Source: Salpingoeca rosetta | Lineage: Eukaryota > Protista > Choanoflagellata | Assembly (NCBI GenBank): GCA_033442325.1 | Contig: JAWQFM010000026.1 | Coordinates: 290,249-354,248 of the forward strand | Direction: 5' to 3' | DNA length: 64,000 bases | Shown: positions 20,542 through 61,121 of the stretch, piece by piece | Position numbering within the stretch: position 1 is the first letter of the stretch | Layout of the letters: each line of letters opens with the position of its first letter | Made by a program: the position numbers and the translations under genes | Notes under the pieces: model-generated | Database searches by the model: none | Told to the model about the DNA's origin: nothing | What the model saw: only the letters and a program-made list of their open reading frames with translations

Positions 20542-20803
20542 TAGTTGCCGTATCTTTCGCAAATCATCTTGCAGGCAAAGGAGGCAGCGAAGAAGAAGAC
20601 GAAAAGAAGAAACGGATACGGAAGGTGCGACGAGCACCTTTGCTTTGTTTGGTTGGAGGACACGAAGGAAGAGCAGAGCCAAGAAGAGCGGCCCAGCGAC
20701 GGGATTCGCAGCAACACGGACCAGCACAGCCTTAGCTGAACGAAAGGCGGGGGAGGAAGGAAGGAAAGAAGGAAGGAAGGAAGGAGGATAACTACAACCA
20801 ATC

Positions 20804-33011
<12,208 letters not shown>

Positions 33012-33086
33012 TGATAGTTCTTAAAGTCTTCCATAAACATTCCGCAATCCGCCAACAAAGACAACCATCAACAAAGACAACGAACT

Positions 33087-46243
<13,157 letters not shown>

Positions 46244-46531
46244 CCCTCCTTACGTGTGTGTGTGTTGTGTGTGTGTGTGTGTGTTTCTCTTAGTGACCGT
46301 GGCTGCGAATCACGGATCAAGTGTTTATATCATGTCAGCGCAGGGGAGCACAAAATAGATGACAAGCGACAGTTCCTAAAGGTCAAAACAGAGCTAACAA
46401 AACTAATGGTGCACGGAAGAACGAGAAACAAGGGAAGAGGGGGGCGCACACACCAAGTAAACTCGATGTAACAGCAAGCACCACGAGCTCAGAACAAAGC
46501 GCATCCAACTGTATGTGTGTGTGTGCGTGTG

Positions 46532-46601
<70 letters not shown>

Positions 46602-46664
46602 ATTGAGTGCACACAACGTGGCATCAGCGTGCTGATGTGGAGAGCATGACAGCGCCCGCACGCC

Positions 46665-47586
46665 CTAGAGGAGAGAGCACCAGGAGGAGAAGATGGAGGA
46701 CGACTTCGTTGGCATCTTGATCGGCACCTTCTTGGAGAGATCGAGTGGCTTTCGCCTGCGCACGGAGAGCTTGTTTGCCTGCACAGCGCGGAGGCAGTCC
46801 TCTGCAAGCGTGGTGAAGGTGCGGTCGACGTTGGACCCCGTCTTGGCAGACACGACGCAGAATGGCATGTCCCGCTCCTCAGCCAGCGCGCGCCCGCGCT
46901 CAATCAGATTTGGCAGCGCGCGGTGGTGGTCGCTCTTGTTCGCCACCAGCACCTTGAGCGTGCCGGGTGCGATGTGCGCCTCTGTGTCAGGGAACCACCG
47001 CCTACCAAGCAACAGCAACACATGACAAGCGGTAACACGTGTGAGCAAGTGTGTGCATGAATGTGCGTGCGTGTGTGTGCGTGTGTGTGTGCGCGCAACC
47101 TGTGTGCGCACATGCATGTGCTTTACCTGAACAAACACAAAACACGGGAGCACGGCACTCACCGCGAGAGGTTGTCGAAGCTGTCTGGGTCTGTGACATC
47201 GTATGTGTAGATGACGGCCTAACGAAAAGCAAGAGGCGGTGATGCATGCATGTGTATGTGTTAGGATGTACATGTTGATGGAATGGGCTCTGGTGTTGTC
47301 GTGTGGTAACTCGCACGTGGGACAACTGCAAGTGTGCAACGATCACACATCACACACACGCACACATACACGCACACATACACGCCACGCAAGGGTCAGT
47401 AAGAGAGACAAACTCACGTGGGAGCCGCGGTAGTAGCTGCGAATAATTGACTGGAAGCGCTCTTGCCCGGCTGTGTCCCAGATTTGGACCTGTGGATGTG
47501 GTTGTGTGTGTGTGTGATTGCGCACGTTAAGAGATAGATGGACCTACAGTCGCACATGCACACGCAAACACGCACAAGTACCCCTC

Positions 47587-47668
<82 letters not shown>

Positions 47669-47866
47669 CTTGAGTTTGCTGCCCTCGAGGTTAAGCTGGT
47701 GGAAGAAAAAGTCCACGCCAACGGTCTCCACGGTTGTGTCTGGGAAGACGCCGTGTGTGTACCTGCTGATCAGGCTTGTCTTGCCAGTGCTTGCGTCGCC
47801 CACGATGATGAACTTGAAAAGGTAATCGTAGTCCATGTGGAACGAGTACATTTGAGCCGTCGTCAT
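46665..47866 (-). CDS. Rab-family small GTPase (divergent; Rab39/Rab30-like features) with C-terminal CaaX, 4 exons
   Basis: [18 protein letters not shown] (G1), TVGVDFF (switch I), [11 protein letters not shown] (G3), SYYRG, YDVT...SF, ANKSD (G4), VSAK (G5); ends WCSLL*. Confidence 0.93.
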
Positions 47867-48437
47867 GGCTGCGCTGCGTACGTGTGTGTGTGTCTGCTGG
47901 AGTGCTTCTTCTTGTTCTTCTTGTTCTTCTTGTTCTTCGATGTGTTGCCGAGTCGCTCGCTGTCACGTGATGGATACCGGTTCTTGTTCGTGTCTGGAGC
48001 GTTGCTGCTGCTCTGGCTGCCTTGGCTGATGCTTCAAACCGCGCTCTCTGGCGTTGATCGCTGCTGTTGGTGGTGGTGGTAGTGGTGGTGGTGCTGCTGC
48101 TGCTGTCTTGTTGTTGGCACAGTGGAGGAAAATGAACAACCGAACGTTGTGTCTCCATTCATCCTGTTGCTGTTGTTGCAGTTATGTTCCCTCCACAGCT
48201 TCCACCGCTGCACATCTGCTTGTTGGCTGCATGCTGTGACTGTTCATTGCGTTGTTGTTGCTGCTGCTGCTGCTGCTGTTTGCCTTGCATTGCCTGCTGT
48301 TGTGGAGGCACGCCAGATGTGACAACACTGCACTTTCCAAACAGACAACACCGCAGTTCCGCGTTTGTGTGTTTGTGGGGTGCGCGGCAGTGTGTGGATG
48401 GCGAGTCCTGTCCGCTCACGGCGTAAAAATAGAAATC

Positions 48438-48489
48438 TGCCTTTCATCTGAAAGGCAAACTTGCCTTTGATAAACAACTGAAATCAGTT
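48438..48489. promoter_or_regulatory. Cluster of three short palindromes in the AT-rich core of the Rab/Beclin divergent promoter
   Basis: TGCCTTTCA-tc-TGAAAGGCA (48438-48457), AAAGGCAA-ac-TTGCCTTT (48451-48468) and AACTGA-aa-TCAGTT (48476-48489). Confidence 0.4.
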
Positions 48490-48574
48490 TCATTGAACCA
48501 CCCACCAATACAAGAAGCAAGCAAGAAGCAAGACAAAAGCGAAGCGAACAACAGGCAGCAGCACAAAAAGAGCG

Positions 48575-52763
<4,189 letters not shown>

Positions 52764-52996
52764 GCAGCAATCACCCATGCAGTGGGTGGAGGAGTGATGA
52801 TGGTGGAGGGGCGTTACTGTGATGGCTTTGGTTTGTTGGCATGTTCACAGGTTTGTGGTGTTGCTGCTGCAAGCGCTTCGCCTCAAATGACGTGTTGTTT
52901 CTGTTATAAACTTTAATTGAAGTGGAACTCGCTTATTCAAGGCTTTGCCTGCACGGCTACAAAACACACAGCGCACAATGCAACGTGATACAATGT

Positions 52997-53066
<70 letters not shown>

Positions 53067-53092
53067 GCACCTTGCTCTTCTTGTTGGTGTTG

Positions 53093-54199
53093 TTATCGCT
53101 GCTGTGCTTGGTGATCGTGAAGTATCTGTTTCACTTGATCGCACGTTGCGCCGACCACGAGGATATCGTCATCCGTGCCACGGGCGGTCCGGGCAGCATC
53201 AAACACTTCACGACGCACTGCACACTTCTCGGAGCACCGCCCCTGCCCTGGATCCCGGAACACCACGTGTTCTTGCTCGCCTGTTGTGGCAGCCAGGCCT
53301 TCAAAGACGATGTAGTGGCCAATGTATGGCTGAGTGTAGTCCGCGGTGGGAAGGCCGCAGTCACGGCAGTCCAGCTGCAGCACATTGACAAGCACGATGA
53401 TGGCCAGTCCGTTAGCTCGCAGTGTGAGCAGCTCTTCCAGTGTCAATCGCGCATCCACCATGGCCGGGGCCTCTGTCTCATACAGTTGTGCTACGCTCTG
53501 CTTCACGACGCCACTTGGACCGCATGTGCTTGCTGCTGTGGCGCACGCTGTGGTTGTCCCTCCTGTTGTGGCCGCTGTTGGAGTGGACATGGAGCCGCAT
53601 GCTGGTGCAGCGAGGTCCAACGCCCACGACATGACATCAACTGTGCCTTCTTGGCCACTGCGTTCCTGTTGTTCCTTGTCTTCGTGGCTCTGGTCGAGGG
53701 GTCGCTCTCGCTGCTGCTGCTCTTGCTGCTCTTGCTGCTCTTGCTGCTGCTCTTGGTGGTGTTGTGGGTGTAGTGGGCGGTCCATTGTGGGTGCTTGTGT
53801 GCTGTTGTTGTAGAAGGGCAGGTCTGCGTACGCGTCTGCGTCCAGGACTGTCGTGGTGGTGCACAGGGTACTCGGTGTATCAAACGCTGTCTTGAGTACA
53901 TACAATAGCTCCACTGTCCACGCATACCCGCTCGTATATGCTTGGAACGCCTCCAAGACGTCATCAAGGATGGCTTCGTGGTTCCCACTCAGACTGAGCT
54001 GCGCAAACCTCAGGTCTTCCACGTTCTCCACCGCGTCTTCCTCCCGTTGTTGCTGCGGTTGTCGCTGCGTGCATGTCCCTCCTTCACCATCTTCGCTGTG
54101 TTTACTGTCTTCACTGGCGTGGGACTGCAAGGCCATGGCCAGGCACGCCAGCCCGCAATCCCACGTGAAGCGCTGCTTGATTGTGGTTGTGGTCATCAT
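53093..54199 (-). CDS. GUCD1: GUCD1-like protein (Guanylate_cyc_2 family, C39-like peptidase fold), single exon
   Basis: IKQRFTWDCGLACLAMAL, AWTVELLYVL, IIVLVNVLQLDC, YIGHYIV, FRDPG and FDAARTARGTDDDILVV in one uninterrupted 368-aa ORF. Confidence 0.88.
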   Translation of the reverse strand: MMTTTTIKQRFTWDCGLACLAMALQSHASEDSKHSEDGEGGTCTQRQPQQQREEDAVENVEDLRFAQLSLSGNHEAILDDVLEAFQAYTSGYAWTVELLYVLKTAFDTPSTLCTTTTVLDADAYADLPFYNNSTQAPTMDRPLHPQHHQEQQQEQQEQQEQQQRERPLDQSHEDKEQQERSGQEGTVDVMSWALDLAAPACGSMSTPTAATTGGTTTACATAASTCGPSGVVKQSVAQLYETEAPAMVDARLTLEELLTLRANGLAIIVLVNVLQLDCRDCGLPTADYTQPYIGHYIVFEGLAATTGEQEHVVFRDPGQGRCSEKCAVRREVFDAARTARGTDDDILVVGATCDQVKQILHDHQAQQR

Positions 54200-54542
54200 C
54201 GTCCGCCTCTCGCCGAATTCTGGTCACAGCTTCAACCACTTTTCCACAATGATGGGGTGAATTGAGTCTGGCTGCATGAGTGTGCGTGTGTTTGCACCAC
54301 GTGCTTGCGCAATATAACTTCTACTACATATACCACGACAGTAACAAAGGGTGTGCGTGCGTGCGTGTGCGTGCGTGTGCGGAGGGAGAGGGAGAGAGAT
54401 GCAAAGATGGAGATGGAGAGAGAGAGAGAGAGAGCGTGTGTGTGTGAGTATGTGTGTATGGGTGTGTGAGTATGAGTGAGTGTGTGCGTGTGTGTGTATG
54501 GGTGTATGTGTGTATGGGCGTATGTGTGTGTGTATGTGCATG

Positions 54543-55479
54543 TCATGCAGAGGAGGCGTTTGTGCCACCGGTGGAAGCCGACAAGTGCTCCAGCCACTTC
54601 TTGCAAGCGCCCTCATCCGGGAATCCAAACGTGTGTGCACCACCAGAGGCAGTTCGGATCTGCAGAGGAGGTGACGTACACATGTGGGCGCGAGCGAGCA
54701 TAAGCGAACATGGATACAGCTTGTTCATAAGCTGTCTTCCTTCCTTCTGAGCTCATCATCAACACCAACACACATACACACGCACGTGCATACACATGTA
54801 CACACACACACATGCATACACATGTACACACATACATGTGATAGCACGCACCTCGAAGGTAAAGAGGTCATCGCGGGGGTATATCGGAGAGAGGGTTGCA
54901 TCAGCGAGGTAGAGCACGAGCGCGCCGGCAGCGTCCCGTGCACTCTTGTACATGTACAACACATCCGCCTGCAAAGTGCACAATAAACGCACACGCGCCA
55001 ACAGACAAGGAGAGAAAGGACATGAGCAAGAGGGAGCATAGGAAGAGCAACCACAGCGCTGCATGCAGGCCATGTTGTGTGTGTATGTGTGTGTGTGCAT
55101 GTTTGTGTGTGCATGCGGGAAGACTGACATCGAGGACGGCGTATGCGCGGGTCCAGCCCGTCTGCGCATACCGCAGCACCCATCCTTTGAAGGTACACGT
55201 CTCCAGCAGGGACGAGTTGATTTCGTTCACAGGGGACGTGCGCCTGCAGCAAAGCGAGAGGAAGAAGAAGAGAAGGGGAGAAGGGGAAGAGAGACGGAGA
55301 AGGGGTGAACGGCGACAAATGAGCGCCAGGAGGCCGCGTGGGTGGGTGTGTGAGAGAGACCAGAGACAGCGAGACAGCGAGACACAGACAGAGACAAAGA
55401 CAAAGAGAGCACACGCGCAGTGTGTATGCAAAGAGACACAGAGGGAGAGCGACGGTTGTGCAAGACACAGCACATGACA

Positions 55480-55532
<53 letters not shown>

Positions 55533-56029
55533 GCATACGCACCCGACAGTGCTGGACCGCGAGATTGCGCGGCCGCGGTGTACGCTCTGTCGCCGGCCCA
55601 TCCCGCCTGCAGCGATGGCACGGTGATCAGCAAGGTCAACAACAACAGAGCAGAGTGAGGGACGAACGCTCGCTCAGCAAACGCACACGCACACACACGC
55701 CAGAAGGGGCACGTTTATGGTTTCAACATGCATACATGCAGAAAAGTACACACAAGTACACACGAATACACGCTAGCCCACACAAGCACATAACAGTACA
55801 AGCACGTGCTCACAGACCGACAGATACACACACACACGCACACATGCACGCACCTGTGCTGTCAATCTCCATGCGTTCGAGCTGCTCTGTGATGGCAGTG
55901 ACCCAGCGCTGCTTGTCTGAGCGGGACTCTGCGTGGAACTCGTACGACTTCTTGTGCGGGCCAACGAGCCGGAGGGTCAGCTGCACGGCGGCATCGTGGC
56001 ATCATGTGTGCGTGTGTGTGTGCGTGTGC

Positions 56030-56085
<56 letters not shown>

Positions 56086-57105
56086 GTGTGTGTGTGTGTG
56101 TGTGTAAGTGCGTACGTGCGGGGGAGAGGAGTGGAGGAGCGTCATACACACACACTCACACACACACACACACAATACACATATACAGTGTTGCCGGTAC
56201 CCACGTCTGTGTCGTCGCTTGCAGCGTTGAGGCTGTAGCCGGCCAGGGGGATGACCCCTTTGTCTGCCAGTTCAACGATGCACGTTGCAGTGACGTGAGA
56301 TGGCACATCGCAGGGGTGGAGGAAGTGGGAAGCAAGCGTGACAAACAAGTACCACGGGGAAACAAAGCATGAGAAGCAGCATCTGCAGCGTAGATTGACA
56401 GAATCCACACCACCACCACTACCAACCCCTCGCAACCACGCAAAACAGCAAGGACCGACCTGCAGAGGGATCGGTGGCCGCGGCCGCCGTCTTCCAATAA
56501 TACAGAATGCCGTCGTTCTCAAGCACACACCTGCAACAACAACAACACACACGCGCGCGCGCGCACACACACACACACACACACAACTGTGAGACCGCTA
56601 AATCCGTACACACACACACGCACACGCACACGCACACGCACACGCACGTATCGTACCATCGCCGCTTCCATTTGCTGCCAGCAATGCCACCACTCAGCTT
56701 CTGCAGGTACCCGTAACAGGATCCGTACAGCGGAACCGCTGTTGTGTGTGTGTTTGGAACCCGCACACCATGGCAAAAAGGGCAATTATGAGCATGATGC
56801 AGCGGCACACGGGACCACGCACGCACCCCCAAGGCCTTCAAACACTTCAAACACGCGCCCGACAAAACCATCGACCAACGCACAGTCGCCGTCGAATGTG
56901 TCATCAAGGCGGGCTTCCACGTCCTAGAACCAAGCAGCGGCATCGCCCCACAAAGCAAGGGAATGGCATCCAGTCACATCATGTCACCAAGACAGAGCTG
57001 CACCACCGCTGCCTCATCACCTGCCCTAATCTGTCTGTCCTTTGTCCTTCTGACCTGACAGACTTGCCCGTGCCTCACGCACCAACCAATCATACACTCA
57101 ATCAT

Positions 57106-57185
<80 letters not shown>

Positions 57186-57431
57186 GCACACACACACACA
57201 CACACACAGAGTCACGCATACATGTACACATGCCTTGTAGCAGTTGAGCAGGGCCTGCACCATGTCCTCGAGCTCCTCGATCTTCTCCTGCTGCTGCTGG
57301 ATTGTCTGCAGCGCCGCGTCCAGCTTCGCCTCCATCGCCTGCTGTGCTGTTGGTTCTTGTTCGTAGTTGTTGGGCGTGGTTGTGTGCTGTGTTTGTGGTC
57401 TTCCTTCCCTTGAAATTGGCATCGAATCCAT
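54543..57431 (-). CDS. Coiled-coil plus tandem PH-domain protein
   Basis: N-terminal coil MEAKLDAALQTIQQQQEKIEELEDMV. PH1: YGYLQKLSGGIAGSKWKRRW|CVLENDGILYYW...KGVIPLAGY...YEFHAESRSDKQRWVTAI. PH2: FKGWVLRY...WTRAYAVL...VLYMYKS...HTFGFPDEGACKKWLEHL. Stop at 54543-54545. Confidence 0.82.
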
Positions 57432-57704
57432 TCCGTCAGGCACGAAGAATTTATTATTGCACAAGCGCACAAACAACACACACACACGCACACACACAGG
57501 CAAGCATACGGGCCGAGAAATACGATAGACTGACAGGAATACACGCACGTGCAAAGAAAGAGGCAGAAGCGATAGAAGCAGGAAAAGAGTCAAGACAATA
57601 ACCATTAGCAAGGGGAAGAGATGCACAGCCATGTGTATGTGTGAGTGGTGGAGGCAGGTGATGAACATCACCACGATCACCACCAATGTTGGTGCTGTTG
57701 TAAA

Positions 57705-58990
57705 CTAGGATGAGTTGAGCGCGTTTGTGCCTCCATAGTTAATCCATGCCAGCAGCTGCTTGGCAGTCAGCGACAGCACGAGATAGACAATCTCCCCATA
57801 CAAGTAGTCCTTCCACTTGCCAATCTGTGCGTGTGTGTGCGTGTGTGTGTGTGTGTGCGTGTGTGTGTGTGTGTGTGAGCGAGTATGCATATTTGAGAGC
57901 TACCGAAAACGCACAGTCCATTGTGTTGCACTCAACACCACGAACGCACCTCCTTGAGCTGCAGGAACATGTTGATGGCAAAGGTGAGGTCGCAGAAGAA
58001 GAGGATGAAGATGATCGCCCACACAAACCCCGGTGGATCCTGCCATCATCATCATCAAAGCACGAAACAGCCAGAGGCCCGCGGTGAGAACTAGGGTGTT
58101 GTCGACAGCGCGCAAACGGCAGGAAAGCACAGAACAAGCAGTCCAAGAAAGGCAAGAAAGGAAAGAGAAGTACGCCAGCGCACACACTTGCTTGCGCATG
58201 AAAATCCTCCACAGACGCGTGCATGCGCATGTAACCCTTCACGGCTGTACTCTCGCAAACACACACGCATGCAGAGTCACGTACGCCAGTGCTGACGCCC
58301 TGGAAAAAGTATGACGTCACAATTGCCCAAGAAATCACGTGGGGAATGAACCCACACCTGTGGCATCGCAGCAACGCGCAGCATCCGGTGAGACATGAGA
58401 ACGATCGCGAGTCTGGTTACCATGTCCATAACGGTGCATGGACATGCAACACCCAGCGCTGCAGACCTCGGTAGGCTATCAAAACTGAATTACACACAGT
58501 CACAGAGACGCAAGCAAGCACTCAAACATAGACAGACACACACACACATAAACACACGCACATAGACACACACGACACGACACGACACAACACAACACAA
58601 CACAACACAAGACGGCAACGGACCAAAAGGGAACGAGCGTCTTCTTCTCCGGCTGCCCCTGGAGATGGTGTGTTGTGATCTCCTGAGTGAGGCCAAAGAG
58701 CATGGTGGACATGGTCAGGCCGAAGATGGCGATGAGGAGGTGGAGATCCAGCACGCCAGAGAGCTGCGCAATCTGCACCCGCATCACGGACGCAGACAGG
58801 CTGTACTCAATCCACCTGCAGCATGTCACACGTGCACCACGGCAACACAAGTGGAGTTGGACGTGGTGAGCTGTTGTGCAAAATTGAGAGAGGGAGAGAA
58901 GGGGGAGGGAGGGAAGCGTGTGGGGTGGCGTGACACACAGGGCGCGGTGGCATGCCACACGGCGTGACTTTTGGCAACACACACACAACA

Positions 58991-59089
<99 letters not shown>

Positions 59090-59704
59090 CGCATGTGCAA
59101 ACATATAGGCACGCACAGCATGTCATACAAACGCACGCACTCACACAATATACACACACGCCACGGCAACGGCACCTGTACGGGTTCTGAGCGAGCTTGA
59201 GGTAGTCTTCGTATGAGCGACGCAGCACCGTCGCCACAAGCAGGTGATCCAGGGCAGCAAGCAGTAGAAAGATGCCAGAATAATACCTGCACAGCAACAA
59301 GACGGTAAAGACAGCCGCGAGCAAGGCACGCAGCAATGAGAAAATGAGATGACACAACACACTGGCACCCAGCAAACGCGTGTCATCCCCCACATACAAC
59401 GCCAAGCCCAGCATACAACAAACACACACGCACACACACACACACACAAGGGCTCCAGAGCAGCAACAAGGCAGACTTACCCAACGACAGAGCGGCCTTT
59501 GTTGCTGACAACGGGGGCCCATTCCTCAGGGTTGCCACGTTCACTGGCATATGTGGTAAACACAAGCGCATACTAACGTGGAGGCAAACAACGCCACAAC
59601 CAACGTGAGCGCCAAGAACAGGTACACCCAGACATATACGAGCAACAGTCGCAACCGCGACTCCAGTAACATAGGCAGTGGACCACCCACATCGCCCCCC
59701 CCCC

Positions 59705-59777
<73 letters not shown>

Positions 59778-60231
59778 CCAGTTCAGTCGTACGTTGCCTT
59801 GATCTGTGAGAGCAAAGATGATGAAGCTTGTCAGGAGATTGAAGAGGGCAGTCCACATGTTCCACTTGAACAGCGAGGTGCTCCGCTATCATGCACGTGT
59901 GCAGAAGCATCGACAAAAAGCCACCCACCCAACTCATGTGAGCACTGCTTTCAAGGGCACAAATGGTGGGGCTGTGTCGTGTGACATGCTCGGCCAGGGC
60001 AACATCTGGCACCATGATTAGCCAGTCAAGACGCAAGCATGCATGCATTCTGTCACAGAGTGGACACGCCCATTCCCCTCCCCGGAAAACAAGCAAAGCC
60101 AACAACGCATGCCAACACGCATGGAGAGCCTGTACCTCAATGTCGAGGACCACGATGGAGCTGATGGACCGCGGCGAGTGGATGTGGGCCGGTATGCGCT
60201 GCCCGCTGGACATGCTCTCCGTCGTCGACAT
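57705..60231 (-). CDS. HeR: Heliorhodopsin (retinal-binding, inverted-topology rhodopsin), 8 exons, about 288 aa
   Basis: Phase-consistent GT-AG splicing gives LFKWNMWTALFNLL (TM1), a beta-hairpin loop, FLLLAALDHLL (TM2 His), YEDYL...NPYRWIEYSLSAS (TM3), MLFGLTQE (TM4), PFWCG (TM5), PPGFVWAI...TFAINMFLQ (TM6) and GKWKDYLYGEIVYLVLSLTAKQLLAW (TM7 SxxxK; Lys codon 57759-57761). Confidence 0.95.
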
Positions 60232-61067
60232 GGCTGCCTAGGACGTGTGTCGAAGGGTGACGGGTAGCTGCAATGTGGAGAGAGGAGGCGCTCAAGCGTT
60301 AATTTGGTTGCTGGGTGAATGGTGAACAGGCCAGATGGGGAGGAGGGGGGAGGGGCGGTGTTGATGAGAAAATATGACCCTTGTGGCTGGTGTGTGGTTG
60401 CTGTGCTCGTGGTGAATGAGACGACAGAATAACCATGAACAAGTGAACGCAACACTGAATGCAACTGAGTACACTCGAGCAGGCCCAAGCTCACATCATC
60501 ACGTCACCTCAACATAGGGAAGGCAACAAAGCGTGCGCGTGTGTGCGACGGAACCTTCTCGCTCTCGCATCTGCGTGTGCGCGTCGTGAAGTGCAGGCGT
60601 GTTGGGTGATGGCTTGTTTCTTGGCTTCTTTGTTGCTTCATGAACCGCAAGTGTGATGATGTTGCGGAGGGTTGAGTAAAGTTTCCAACAAACTTTCTAC
60701 ATTGCGTCCAAACGAAAAACCGTCAAAGCAACAGTGGGTGAGTGGTTAGTGTGGTGGTAAGAGGAGGTGCTGGCGTTTGGATGGCGGAGGGCAGAGGTGG
60801 CGAAAGAGCGGACATGGATGGATGGACATGGCGTGCGTGAGGAGGTGCAGTGGTGAGGAAGACAAGAAGGCAGCGAAGAGGTGCAAGCAGGGCGATAGCA
60901 GGGAGTGAGATGGCTGTGTTGTTCGCCTTTGATTGATGCATGTGCTGGTGGTTGCCGTTGCTTAACTGTGGTGTTTGTTTGTATTTTGTTGTGGGTGATT
61001 CTTGCACGGACGGCACAGAAACCAGAGGAAGGACAGCTCCCCCTTTGCTTCCACGGGATTTGCCATC

Positions 61068-61089
61068 ATGTCCTCTGCCAAGGTGTGAA

Positions 61090-61121
<32 letters not shown>

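Noticed and set aside
46665-47866. Calling the Rab as Rab18 (an NRZ partner with CaaX)
   Set aside because: The core motifs do not match Rab18 (LKILIIGESGVGKS, FRTLTPSYYR); subfamily left unassigned.
60678-60696. AAAGTTT-ccaac-AAACTTT inverted repeat between HeR and the CAP-Gly gene
   Set aside because: A single short AT-rich palindrome, plausible by chance.
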